From Methanomassiliicoccales archaeon (GTDB lineage Archaea > Thermoplasmatota > Thermoplasmata > Methanomassiliicoccales > JAAEEP01): a stretch of 64,000 nucleotides of DNA. Below the pieces are notes generated by a model. It searched no databases, was not told where the DNA came from, and saw only the letters and a list, made by a program, of their open reading frames with translations. A program made the translations under genes and the position numbers. The stretch is taken from positions 10,882-74,881 of the forward strand of contig JAAEEP010000003.1 of NCBI GenBank assembly GCA_013415695.1, written 5' to 3'. Positions 1 through 10,093 of this stretch are shown piece after piece. How positions within the stretch are numbered: the first letter of the stretch is position 1; the number at the start of each line of letters is the position of its first letter.

Positions 1-159
1 GTTTCTCATCAGCGCAACACTTGAACGATTCTCACAGGCGAGCAGGTATTTTCAGAGCGCCCCAATGGGCTTCTTCAAAAGTTTTAATAGGATGGCCACG
101 ATAAGCAACTGAACAGGGGTTAACCTCTATCTATACTTATTCCGAATTGGGGTAATCAG

Positions 160-723
160 ATGTCCATGACCGGAGGGAAAGTTGGATCACAGGCGACCGG
201 GATGAGTGCTTCGAAACAGGGCGGTAGCATTCTCGAAGCCTATGAGGATTTTAGGAACTTCGTGCGAAAAGTTGCACAGGAACCTGGACCTGTGATGTCA
301 GAAACGGACCCCGAGGTTTCCAAGAAAGCCTCAGAGATCAAGATCTATACAGAGGATTATATCGACGCCTTCATTGCCTGCACCAAGGTGAAGACCATCC
401 TTGCCCACAAGTTCATTGCTAAGCTTATAGATGCTGGCAAGACTTGGCAGGCAGAGTTCGGCTCCGATGAGCAGAAGATAACAGGGAACGACGTCGAAAT
501 CGGTCTTGAGGCCTTCTTCCTGTCAACGGGGGAGAAGCTACTCGTGAGGAAGAGGGGAAACTTCGGCATCGTTTACTATTTTGGCTGGTACGAGACCAAA
601 CCGCTCATAATGAGGACAATCAATCTTCTGGAATTCGGCAAGACTTCTGAAGGTTATCAGATTGTGAACACGGATTTCAATCAGACCAAGGAAGCAATCC
701 TGGAATACCTAGAAATCCAGTAA
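160..723 (+). CDS. Hypothetical protein (187 aa)
   Basis: Long ORF with normal composition; no recognisable motif. Confidence 0.6.
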   Translation: MSMTGGKVGSQATGMSASKQGGSILEAYEDFRNFVRKVAQEPGPVMSETDPEVSKKASEIKIYTEDYIDAFIACTKVKTILAHKFIAKLIDAGKTWQAEFGSDEQKITGNDVEIGLEAFFLSTGEKLLVRKRGNFGIVYYFGWYETKPLIMRTINLLEFGKTSEGYQIVNTDFNQTKEAILEYLEIQ

Positions 724-781
724 TCATACTCGTCTATTGGGCAACTTCAATACAACACTTTCTTCTATTTGCAGTTAGAAT

Positions 782-1597
782 ATGAATATCGTGAAAGACG
801 GTGAGACGCGTTGGTCTTTTCCAGACCTCACATCGGCACTTGAGTGGACGAGGGAGAGGAACGACCAGGGGATCAGGTGCATTCTTTCACCACATGGTGA
901 GTGCAGCACCACCATAGGAGCTTCTCAAAACGCTCTCGACGATCTCGTTTCATGCGCCAAGAGAATCTATGAGGAGAAAGTCAATGCCTCTCTTGCGGTG
1001 AAGCTAACAACTATCGGAGCCATGTTCGATAAACAGCTCTGCCGAGATTATCTCGTTGTACTCTTCGAAGATGCAACCGAGAACTATGTCGATCTTGAGA
1101 TCGACATGGAATCAATGGCGTTCGTGGAATTCACGATAGATGTTGTGAACTCCTGCCTTGCAGATTACCCCTTGACATTGAGTCTGCAGGCTTACCTGGA
1201 CCGCACTCGGGACGATATTTATAACGCGGTGCGAAGAGGGGGCTTGGTCAGGCTGGTGAAGGGTGCATATTCGGGCGATATTTCTGATTCTAACGACATC
1301 CAGGAGCGCTTTAGAGAATTGGCGGAAATTCTTCTTATAAGGCGAGAAGAATTCAAGATCGCTACGCATGATCCAGATATCATAGAATGGATGAAAAAGA
1401 CCACTTCGAACCAGAAGGAGAAAGTGGAATTCTCGTTCTTGAAGGGTCTTGCCGATGCAACCAAACTCGATTTGGTGCAGAAAGGTTGGAAAGTATCCGA
1501 GTACATACCGTTTGGTCCTGGTGGAGAATCGTATGAGGAACGAAGGAAGTCCTATCTTAAAACTCTCAATGGGATGGGCAGGTCTCCAGCACCCTAG
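782..1597 (+). CDS. Proline dehydrogenase family flavoprotein (monofunctional, divergent)
   Basis: Motifs IDME, LQAYLDRT, RLVKGAY, IATHD, YIPFG. Confidence 0.8.
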   Translation: MNIVKDGETRWSFPDLTSALEWTRERNDQGIRCILSPHGECSTTIGASQNALDDLVSCAKRIYEEKVNASLAVKLTTIGAMFDKQLCRDYLVVLFEDATENYVDLEIDMESMAFVEFTIDVVNSCLADYPLTLSLQAYLDRTRDDIYNAVRRGGLVRLVKGAYSGDISDSNDIQERFRELAEILLIRREEFKIATHDPDIIEWMKKTTSNQKEKVEFSFLKGLADATKLDLVQKGWKVSEYIPFGPGGESYEERRKSYLKTLNGMGRSPAP

Positions 1598-1638
1598 CCA
1601 GCGAAAGAATAATCAATTGTCCAACTGCATTAGCAATC

Positions 1639-2637
1639 ATGGCCATCAAGCCCAGTCGCCTCAAGAAAGGTGACACCATCGGTGTCGTTGCACCTTCCAA
1701 TTCAGCGTCACTTATCAATCCAGAAATTATCGACATTGGCATAAAGAAACTGGAGTCTAAAGGGTTCACACTCCGTTTTGGCAACAATATTCAAGAGAAG
1801 CGGGGACACACTGCCGGAACCGTCCAGCAACGCCTCGAGGATCTCATGAACATGTTCGAGGACCCTGAGGTTGACGCAATCATGTCTGTTATGGGCGGGT
1901 TCAACTCTCATCAGCTCCTTCATTACATCGATTATGAGGTGATCAGGGAGAACCCCAAGGTCTTCATTGGGTTCTCTGATATCACCGCCCTGAGCAACGC
2001 TTTCCTATCAAGATCGGGACTAATCAATTTCTCTGGTCCAGCATTCGTTACTTTCTGCCAGCCCGATCTTCCTGAATATACCGAGAAATATTTTGACGAG
2101 ATTCTGATCGAGGGCAAGAGGTCTACTATCCGCGCATCAGAGGAATGGGCAGAGGACGCTTGGTGGAGAGAACCAATCAACTATGGAAAGAGGGAGTGGA
2201 AGGCAAATCCGGGCTGGGACGTTTTCCGATCGGGAATTGCTGAGGGTTCCTGCGTGGGAGGCAATATCAGCACACTCATGCTCCTTGCGGGAACGGATTA
2301 TTGGCCCGATATGGAGGGGAGCATACTGTTCCTTGATGAGGATGATGGAGAGACGCCTCAAACAATCGATAGATACCTGACCCAGTTGAGGCACATAGGA
2401 GTCTACGATGAGATATCCGGAATGGTCCTCGGCCGCCTTCCCACCAAGGTGGGTTTCAGCAAAGAGGACACCTTGTCCATGATATTGGAGGAAGCCACTA
2501 GGGGCTATGATTTCCCCATTGTCAGTGGTGTAGATTTCGCCCATACCGACCCCATTATCACTATTCCCCTGGGCGTTAGATGCATGGTCGATGCCTACAA
2601 TCAGAGGATCGAGCTAATGGAAAGTGCTGTAAGGTGA
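1639..2637 (+). CDS. S66 family peptidase (LD-carboxypeptidase/MccF-like)
   Basis: KPSRLKKGDTIGVVAPS, nucleophile motif GFSDIT, GGNISTL, DFAHTDP. Confidence 0.9.
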   Translation: MAIKPSRLKKGDTIGVVAPSNSASLINPEIIDIGIKKLESKGFTLRFGNNIQEKRGHTAGTVQQRLEDLMNMFEDPEVDAIMSVMGGFNSHQLLHYIDYEVIRENPKVFIGFSDITALSNAFLSRSGLINFSGPAFVTFCQPDLPEYTEKYFDEILIEGKRSTIRASEEWAEDAWWREPINYGKREWKANPGWDVFRSGIAEGSCVGGNISTLMLLAGTDYWPDMEGSILFLDEDDGETPQTIDRYLTQLRHIGVYDEISGMVLGRLPTKVGFSKEDTLSMILEEATRGYDFPIVSGVDFAHTDPIITIPLGVRCMVDAYNQRIELMESAVR

Positions 2638-2641
2638 TCAG

Positions 2642-3433
2642 ATGAGCGAGTTAATCGTAAAGACAAGAGGGCTGTGCAAATACTATGGGAAGCAGAATAT
2701 GATCAAAGCGGTAGATTCCCTTGATCTTGAAGTATACGAGGGAGAGACCTTCGGACTGCTTGGCCCGAACGGTGCTGGTAAGACCACCACTATCAGGATG
2801 CTCAACTGTATAATATCTCCCACAAGTGGGACCGCGACGGTGGTCGGTCATGATATTATAAACGAAAAGAACGAGGTCAAGCGGGAGACAGGCCTTCTCG
2901 CCGAGACCCCTGGCCTCTACGAGAAGTTAAGTGCTCATGAATTCCTCGAATTCATGGGAGCCCTTTACGATGTTCCCAAGAATGTTCTTTCCAACCGCAT
3001 AGAGGAGCTGCTCAAGCTCTTCGGGCTCACTCAGAGATCAAACCAACTTCTGGAGGGATACAGCAGGGGAATGAAGCAGAAAGTGCTGATCGCCGCCTCA
3101 CTCATACACGATCCAAAGCTTATCTTTCTCGATGAGCCAACATCATCCCTTGACCCACGGGTGGCTCACATGGTCAAGGATCTCATCAAGGACCTTGCAG
3201 GAGAAGCTGGTAAAACGGTTTTCATAAGCAGCCATGTCCTGCCTGTTATGGAGGAGTTATGCGACCGCATCGGTATAATCAATCAAGGGAAACTGATTGC
3301 TATTGGCAGTATCGATGATATTCTGACCAGCACGGGTACCAGCAGACTCGAGGATGCTTTTATCGAGATCACGGGCGGAGTTGAGGAAAAAGAACTGTTG
3401 GCCTGGAGGGAGTTTAGGGGTGAATCTGCCTAA
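2642..3433 (+). CDS. ABC transporter ATP-binding protein
   Basis: Walker A GPNGAGKT, signature YSRGMKQK, Walker B IFLDEP, H-loop SSH. Confidence 0.95.
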   Translation: MSELIVKTRGLCKYYGKQNMIKAVDSLDLEVYEGETFGLLGPNGAGKTTTIRMLNCIISPTSGTATVVGHDIINEKNEVKRETGLLAETPGLYEKLSAHEFLEFMGALYDVPKNVLSNRIEELLKLFGLTQRSNQLLEGYSRGMKQKVLIAASLIHDPKLIFLDEPTSSLDPRVAHMVKDLIKDLAGEAGKTVFISSHVLPVMEELCDRIGIINQGKLIAIGSIDDILTSTGTSRLEDAFIEITGGVEEKELLAWREFRGESA

Positions 3434-4979
3434 GTGGTTCGTAATAGCAAAGAACGAGTACCGGTTGATGACCAGTGGTTCTCTCCTGCTAAGGCGAACC
3501 CTTCCTTACCTGCTCGTGGCATTATTCCTGATTTTCGTGTTCATCCTGGGGCCGGCTCTCTTCAACCTGATCAAGAGCGACTGGTTAGTACTGGTTCTTT
3601 CCCAGGCGGCTTTGGCCACGATAGCCATAATCCTCCTCACACTGTTCTTCTACTTCCTGGTAATACCCATAACCAACACCTTGAAGGAAGAACAGGCATC
3701 GGAGTTGGAGATATTCCTAGCCGCCCCTGTGAAACCAGAGGAGGTACTGCTCGGCAAGTTCATGGGCAAGCTTATATTGTTTGGAACGCTGGCCGCCATC
3801 ATTGCGGGGTTATTCGCCGCCGCTTTCACCTTGGTGGGGATAAACACCGTGCAGATGCTGGTCATAGTCCTTACAATATTCCTCCTTCTATTATCTGGGC
3901 TGTGGATAGGGACGGTCATTGCTGCCGTACTAAGGACGAAGTTGAGCAGGACGGCCAAAGGAAAGGACATCGGTAAAGGACTCTCTATCATCATAGCCCT
4001 TCCTTTACTAGGACTCATGTATGCCTTATTTAGCGGGATGATGTTCTCCGCACTCGATGACCCTGGCACGGCAGATCTGGTAGAGATGATCCTTGCATTC
4101 TTCCCGACAACATGGGGGGCGGATATCCTCGTAAGTTATGCCAATTTCCCAGGGTTGTTGTTCCCTCCTGAAACCCTGGTGGTAGTAGCTATTCCCGGAG
4201 TTATCCTTTTCACCGTCGCATCATTCTTCTTTGGCAACAGGGTTATTGCCAGAGCTTACACTCTCGAGCCTACTTCGTTCACCTCTTCCATCGTGAAAAA
4301 GGATGGATTTCTTCTGAAATTCATCGGGTGGGCAACCGGCTCTGGGCAATTCTCCGTCATGGTAATCACCATATTCAAGGACTGGGGAAGAAGACTGGAA
4401 AATCTGTCAAAGGTTGGCTATGTCGTTGGTCTAGTTTTCCTCTTGGCCATATTCTTCACCAGGCCTGAAGAACCAACTGCTGTAATCATACTCCTTACTT
4501 TCATGATAGGGTTGCTCGCCGCCTTCGTTGTAGGGGAGGTGACTATACGTGGTAAAGAGATGCTTTTCATCTACAGAAAAGCTCCTCGGGGCGAGAATCG
4601 GCTTGTCTGGGCAAGATTGATCCAAGGCTGGTTCATCGTTGTTCCTGTGACAACCATTATCGTTCTGATCATGCTGGCCTTCATTCCTGGACTTCCGCTC
4701 ATTGACCTTTTCGCCTATCTCCTATTCATGGACCAGATGGCTATGGCGATTACGGTTTTCTCACTGGGGTTGTTCCTAGTAATGCCAGCTTTCTCTGAGA
4801 AAACAGGAGAGATGATCGTCAACATGATGGGGACAATGTTCCTCTTCTTCATCCTCTTCGTCATTGGAGAGGTATTCTTTGGTTCAATTGGATTCGTCCT
4901 GTTCTACATACCCGTTTCATGGGCGATTTCACTCTCTGTACTATACCTGGGCCTGAGAAACCTGAGCCGAATTGAATGA
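3420..4979 (+). CDS. ABC exporter permease (about 12 TM helices)
   Basis: Highly hydrophobic; overlaps the ATPase stop; GTG start at 3420 preferred over 3354. Confidence 0.8.
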   Translation: MNLPKWFVIAKNEYRLMTSGSLLLRRTLPYLLVALFLIFVFILGPALFNLIKSDWLVLVLSQAALATIAIILLTLFFYFLVIPITNTLKEEQASELEIFLAAPVKPEEVLLGKFMGKLILFGTLAAIIAGLFAAAFTLVGINTVQMLVIVLTIFLLLLSGLWIGTVIAAVLRTKLSRTAKGKDIGKGLSIIIALPLLGLMYALFSGMMFSALDDPGTADLVEMILAFFPTTWGADILVSYANFPGLLFPPETLVVVAIPGVILFTVASFFFGNRVIARAYTLEPTSFTSSIVKKDGFLLKFIGWATGSGQFSVMVITIFKDWGRRLENLSKVGYVVGLVFLLAIFFTRPEEPTAVIILLTFMIGLLAAFVVGEVTIRGKEMLFIYRKAPRGENRLVWARLIQGWFIVVPVTTIIVLIMLAFIPGLPLIDLFAYLLFMDQMAMAITVFSLGLFLVMPAFSEKTGEMIVNMMGTMFLFFILFVIGEVFFGSIGFVLFYIPVSWAISLSVLYLGLRNLSRIE

Positions 4980-5807
4980 TCATTCATCAATAACTGCGTC
5001 ACCGCTCATCTGAAGCGCGGATTTCATGAGTCGAGCATGATCTTCAACATCATTAAGTGCCGATCTTCTGTTCTGGAGATTGCTACCGTATATCCTGATC
5101 AGGTTGGACCCCTCTACGACACCTTTTGCACCGTGGTCTCTGGCCTTCCTTGCCTGCTGTGGTTTGGATATACCGAATCCCAATGCTATCGGAAGCTCAC
5201 TCTCCGTTGAGACCGTCCTGATCATCTCAAGGGTCTTTCCTGTTAGCGAGTCCCTGAGGCCCGTTGTGCCGGCTACAGATACCAGATAGGCATATCCCCT
5301 TGCTTCATCCAAGATTCGGCGCCTCCTCTCGAATGGTGTGTTCGGGCTGATGAGGTTGATAAGATCCAAGTTCCTTTCCATCATGAATCCATTCAGTTCT
5401 TTGCACTCTTCCATGGGAAGGTCCACAGCAATAATTCCATCACCTTGGACGTCGGCGAGATCGTTGCAGAATTTGCCCAATCCTCGTTGAAGCATTGTAT
5501 TGTAGTAGCCCATGACGACCACGGGCTGCTCAAGTCCGATCTCCCGAATGGAACGGATCATCTCAAATAAATGACCACAACGGAATCCTCCTACCAATGA
5601 ACGGTTCATTGCCTCTTGGATAAGACGACCGTCTGCAACGGGGTCAGAGAAGGGGATTCCAAGTTCCAGAATGTCTGCACCAGAGTCGCATAGAACCTCA
5701 ACCAGCTTGATAGAGAATTCCATATCAGGATCTCCAGTGCACACGTATGGTATGTAGGCTCCCTCTTCGTCTCCGAGGGAATCGAATACTTTTCCTATCC
5801 TGCTCAC
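4980..5807 (-). CDS. trpA: Tryptophan synthase alpha subunit
   Basis: [25 protein letters not shown]. Confidence 0.97.
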   Translation of the reverse strand: MSRIGKVFDSLGDEEGAYIPYVCTGDPDMEFSIKLVEVLCDSGADILELGIPFSDPVADGRLIQEAMNRSLVGGFRCGHLFEMIRSIREIGLEQPVVVMGYYNTMLQRGLGKFCNDLADVQGDGIIAVDLPMEECKELNGFMMERNLDLINLISPNTPFERRRRILDEARGYAYLVSVAGTTGLRDSLTGKTLEMIRTVSTESELPIALGFGISKPQQARKARDHGAKGVVEGSNLIRIYGSNLQNRRSALNDVEDHARLMKSALQMSGDAVIDE

Positions 5808-6979
5808 AGCCTTCCCTCCATTCTCGCTATCTGCTCGACATCCTTGTCACCCCTTCCCGACAGGTTCACCACTATGATCTGATCCCTGTCCATTTCCGTT
5901 GCGAGTTTGGCTACGAAGGCAATAGCGTGGGCGCTCTCCAGTGCAGGCACTATTCCCTCTGTTTCAGACAAAAGATGGAATCCTTGAACGGCCTCCTGGT
6001 CGTTGATAGATTGGTAAAGCGCTCGACCCATCACAGCGAGATATGAGTGCTCGGGACCGACACCGGGATAATCAAGACCCGCCGCGATGGAATGGGTCTC
6101 TCGGATCTGACCCTCTTCATCCTGTATGAGCAGAATGCGAGAGCCATGAAGGACACCAGGAGTTCCGACTGAGGCACTTGCCGAATGCAATCCCGTATCA
6201 ATTCCGCAACCTCCCGCCTCCACTCCATACATCTTGACCGGATCGTCAAGGAAGGGGTGGAAGAGGCCCATGGCATTGCTACCCCCACCAACGCATGCGA
6301 CAAGAGCATCGGGCAATCTGCCCTCTTCCTTGATAATCTGCTCCCTGGCCTCTTTTCCGATCACGGATTGAAAATCCCTCACGATTGTCGGGTAGGGATG
6401 CGGGCCTATCACGCTCCCGATGAGGTAATGGGTATGGTCGCTGGTGGAGGCGAAGTCCCTCATTGCTTCATTGATCGCATCCTTGAGCGTTTTTGACCCG
6501 TTCTCAACGACATTTACCTTCGCTCCAAGCAGGTTCATGCGGAAGCAGTTAAGCCTCTGTCTCTCCACATCCACCGCTCCCATGAACACCTCGCAGTCGA
6601 GACCAAGCAGGGCACATGCGGTCGCGGTCGCCACACCATGCTGTCCGGCTCCCGTTTCTGCCGTGACCCTGGTCTTTCCCATAGCCTCAGCCAGAAGCCC
6701 TTGTCCCAATGCGTTGTTGATCTTATGGGAGCCTGTGTGAGCAAGATCTTCCCTCTTGAGGTATATCCTGGCTCCACCTAGCTCCTCGGAGAGCCTCTCG
6801 GCGAAATACAAAGGTGTCGGTCTTCCGATGTACTGCGCTCGAAGTTTATCCAGTCTAGCGTTGAACTCATCATCGTTTCTCAGCCGGATGTATTCTCTCT
6901 CCACCTGCTTGAAAGCGGCGACTAGAACCTCAGGAATGTAGAATCCTCCAAAATTCCCAAAGTAAGATGATAATGTCAA
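5804..6979 (-). CDS. trpB: Tryptophan synthase beta subunit (TrpB1)
   Basis: PLP lysine motif [37 protein letters not shown]. Confidence 0.98.
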   Translation of the reverse strand: MTLSSYFGNFGGFYIPEVLVAAFKQVEREYIRLRNDDEFNARLDKLRAQYIGRPTPLYFAERLSEELGGARIYLKREDLAHTGSHKINNALGQGLLAEAMGKTRVTAETGAGQHGVATATACALLGLDCEVFMGAVDVERQRLNCFRMNLLGAKVNVVENGSKTLKDAINEAMRDFASTSDHTHYLIGSVIGPHPYPTIVRDFQSVIGKEAREQIIKEEGRLPDALVACVGGGSNAMGLFHPFLDDPVKMYGVEAGGCGIDTGLHSASASVGTPGVLHGSRILLIQDEEGQIRETHSIAAGLDYPGVGPEHSYLAVMGRALYQSINDQEAVQGFHLLSETEGIVPALESAHAIAFVAKLATEMDRDQIIVVNLSGRGDKDVEQIARMEGRL

Positions 6980-7563
6980 CTATGGCACCTCCTTATGAAC
7001 AAATCGACCAACGTCAGGTCCTTCTTTCCGGGGATGGTTTCGACACCGGAAGAGACATCCACGCCATATGGTCTGAGTTCCTTCACCTCGTTTAGGTTGT
7101 GAGGGCTCAGTCCGCCTGCCACAATGGCTCTGCTGCATGAATCTATCGGGATCTTTGAGTAATCATAGCTAGTTCCAGTCCCTGGGATCCCGGCTTCAAA
7201 TACAAGGGCGTCGGCCACACCTTCGAATTTCTCGACCTGTTTTATCTCAGGTGTTACTGCTCTTATGACCCTGATGCCGCTCTCCTTCACCCTAGAAATG
7301 AACACCGGGGAGAGCGAGTATGTCTGAAGGACATCAGCACCACTTTTCTCGAGAATATGAATGGCCTCATTAGGCCCCATTGGATTGCATATCAGCACTC
7401 TCGTGGTCAAGGGTCCAAGTGTGGAGCATATCTGACAGATTCTCTCAAGGGAAAGACTTCGATTCCGACCAAGGAAGTGAACGAAACCCAACGCATCCGC
7501 ACCCAGATCTTCGCACATATGGGCGTCTTCTTCTGAAGTGATACCGCAGATCTTAACCTTCAT
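6976..7563 (-). CDS. trpF: Phosphoribosylanthranilate isomerase
   Basis: [21 protein letters not shown]; ATG at 7563 overlaps the upstream stop. Confidence 0.95.
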   Translation of the reverse strand: MKVKICGITSEEDAHMCEDLGADALGFVHFLGRNRSLSLERICQICSTLGPLTTRVLICNPMGPNEAIHILEKSGADVLQTYSLSPVFISRVKESGIRVIRAVTPEIKQVEKFEGVADALVFEAGIPGTGTSYDYSKIPIDSCSRAIVAGGLSPHNLNEVKELRPYGVDVSSGVETIPGKKDLTLVDLFIRRCHS

Positions 7564-9515
7564 GCGTAAACCTCCCTGCAACGGTCGATCACCATACCCA
7601 CCGCTCTTGCAATATCAGGACTTCCCATGAACATTGAACCGATCAGGACGCCATCGTAACCCTTGACCATATCGAGCTCCTGTATCGATCTGATCCCGCT
7701 CTCTGCGATCGTCAACCTGTTGCCGTCGAGCAGAGGGCCGATTCTGCTCAGGTTCTCCATGTCCACATCCAAGGTCTTGAGGTTCCGAGTATTCACACCA
7801 ACAAGATCGACCTTATCAAGATTGGAGAGTGAATTCAACTTTGCCACATCGTCTTTCGAATGAAGTTCAATCAAGGGCTCCATGCCCTTCAGCAGGCAAT
7901 TATGGATCATCTCGTCCAGGAACTCGATCTCTAGGGCCGAGGCGATCAGAAGGACCGAGTCTGCTCCCAGGTTATCCGCGACATCGATCTGTTTTGGAGA
8001 GATCACGAAATCCTTGAAAAGCATGGGCAGATTGACGGTCGACCTGATCGAAGCAAAGAGTTCAGTACCTCCCCCGAACATACTTGACTCGACCAATACC
8101 GATACTCCAGCCATTCCGGCCAACTCATAAGCTTCAATCACTGATTCGGGATCCGGTGGAATTGATAAGGCAGCAGCGGTTGGTGATGTCGGCTTGTACT
8201 CCCCTATGACGGATACCCCCGAATCATTTGAAACGGCCTGGGCAAGTGCAGTCTTCGATCGATTCAGTTTGAATTCAGGTACGGTGATTCGTGGAAGATC
8301 GAGTATCCTTCTCAGCATTATGTAGGTGAGGACATTGGGATCATCGATCAAATCCTTCTCGAGATTCTCCAAATGGTGTTCAACCTCGCTTCCAAGGATC
8401 TGGTCGAGCAAATGCTCACTCAATTCTCGGCTTTTTTGTGATAGAATGTGAGACAAGATCCGTCTTTCTGAAAGCTCGCTTGCTTGCATTGAGATCTGTC
8501 TCTTCTCCTCTAATTCCAGACACTTGAATGTGAATTGCTCCAGTTTCGCAAATGCGCTGCCGTTCCTCAAAATCTCTCTGGCAATCTCGAATCCATCATG
8601 GATGGAAACGGCCCTTCCACCGATGTATAGTCCGGCTCCAGCATTCAAGGCAACGATATCGGCTCTAGGTGAATTCTCACCCTTCAGGATGGAGAGCAAG
8701 ATACGGGCGTTTTCTGTAGGATTCCCCCCCTTTAACCGATCCAGGGGTGCGACGTCGATGCCAAAATCCTTCGGTTCGATCGTGTAATCTCGCATTTCTC
8801 CTTCAATAATCTCTACTATTCTGGTCCTTCCAAGAGTGGTGATTTCGTCCATCCCAGATCCGTGGACCACCATGACCCGGTCTGAACCGAGCCTCTGCAT
8901 GACCTTGCACACCATAGGGGCAATGTCCGGATCGTAGACGCCAATGAGCTGCCTTTTCACTCCCGCTGGGTTAGCCAATGGCCCAAGTAGATTGAAGAAG
9001 GTTCTGATGCCTATTTCCTTCCGAGGAGCGAGGACATTCCTCATGGAATCATGAAAAATTGGAGCGAACATGAAGCCGATGCCAGTGCTCTCCAGACACT
9101 TCTCCACCGAGAGCGGATCTAGATCGTTTGGTATCCCCAATACATGGAGGACGTCCGCGGAACCAGACATGCTTGAGATTGAGCGGTTACCATGTTTTGC
9201 GACCGGTAAACCGGAAGCGCATATCACGAATGAAGCTGTGGTGCTTATATTGAAGGTTCCTGTGGCGTCACCTCCAGTACCACATACATCGATGGCGCTG
9301 AGAGGTGAGCGGATCTTCTGACCCATTTCCCTCATGACCTTGACGAAACCCAATAGCTCCTCCACAGTCTCGCCCTTCATCCTCATCGCGGTGATGAAAG
9401 ACCCTATCTGGCTAGGCGTTGCTTGCCCCGTTATTATCTCCCTCATGACCTCGGAGGACTCATCCGTGGAGAGATCGGTTCCCTCAACCACTCGGGAGAT
9501 CGAATCCCTTATCAT
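7560..9515 (-). CDS. trpD: Fused anthranilate phosphoribosyltransferase / indole-3-glycerol phosphate synthase
   Basis: N-terminal DVCGTGGD, KHGNRS, FNLLGPLANP (TrpD); C-terminal EYKPTSP, KDF, GVNTRNL, AESGI, GVLIG (TrpC). Confidence 0.93.
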   Translation of the reverse strand: MIRDSISRVVEGTDLSTDESSEVMREIITGQATPSQIGSFITAMRMKGETVEELLGFVKVMREMGQKIRSPLSAIDVCGTGGDATGTFNISTTASFVICASGLPVAKHGNRSISSMSGSADVLHVLGIPNDLDPLSVEKCLESTGIGFMFAPIFHDSMRNVLAPRKEIGIRTFFNLLGPLANPAGVKRQLIGVYDPDIAPMVCKVMQRLGSDRVMVVHGSGMDEITTLGRTRIVEIIEGEMRDYTIEPKDFGIDVAPLDRLKGGNPTENARILLSILKGENSPRADIVALNAGAGLYIGGRAVSIHDGFEIAREILRNGSAFAKLEQFTFKCLELEEKRQISMQASELSERRILSHILSQKSRELSEHLLDQILGSEVEHHLENLEKDLIDDPNVLTYIMLRRILDLPRITVPEFKLNRSKTALAQAVSNDSGVSVIGEYKPTSPTAAALSIPPDPESVIEAYELAGMAGVSVLVESSMFGGGTELFASIRSTVNLPMLFKDFVISPKQIDVADNLGADSVLLIASALEIEFLDEMIHNCLLKGMEPLIELHSKDDVAKLNSLSNLDKVDLVGVNTRNLKTLDVDMENLSRIGPLLDGNRLTIAESGIRSIQELDMVKGYDGVLIGSMFMGSPDIARAVGMVIDRCREVYA

Positions 9516-10093
9516 CTACCGCACCTCCCAATGAAGTTCGAGAGGATCTTTCTACCCTGGGAAGTCATCACGGATTCTGGATGGAACTGGAGTCCAAAGA
9601 TCTCCTCGTTCTTGACCCGTAAGGCCATGATCTCCCCCCCATCGTTCTTTCCGAGTACTTCTATGCAATCGGGAAGGTCCTCAGCGCTTACGATCAACGA
9701 ATGGTACCTGGTCGCCTCCAGTGGAGAAGGTATTCCCTCCAGCACCCCTTCCCCATTGTGTGTGATCGCACTGACCTTGCCGTGTACGACCTCATTTGCC
9801 CTGACCACTGAACCCCCGTGAACATGGGCGATTGCCTGGTGTCCCAGGCATATTCCAAGCACCGGTGAACCATATCCCCCATTTCTTATGACATCCAGAG
9901 ACATGTTCGTGGTCCTTGGGTGCCCAGGTCCAGGAGATATAACATAACCGTCCATTTCTCCTAGATGTTCTTTCAGGCTGGGAGAGTCGTTTCTCTCAAC
10001 GAATACTGAAGCACCAAGCTCACCAAGGTACTGTGCGATGTTGTAGACGAAGGAATCGTAATTATCAACTATCAATATCCGGGTCATTGTCAA
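9512..10093 (-). CDS. trpG: Anthranilate synthase component II (glutamine amidotransferase)
   Basis: DNYDSF, SPGPG, GICLGHQ, RYHSL, QFHPES. Confidence 0.96.
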   Translation of the reverse strand: MTMTRILIVDNYDSFVYNIAQYLGELGASVFVERNDSPSLKEHLGEMDGYVISPGPGHPRTTNMSLDVIRNGGYGSPVLGICLGHQAIAHVHGGSVVRANEVVHGKVSAITHNGEGVLEGIPSPLEATRYHSLIVSAEDLPDCIEVLGKNDGGEIMALRVKNEEIFGLQFHPESVMTSQGRKILSNFIGRCGR

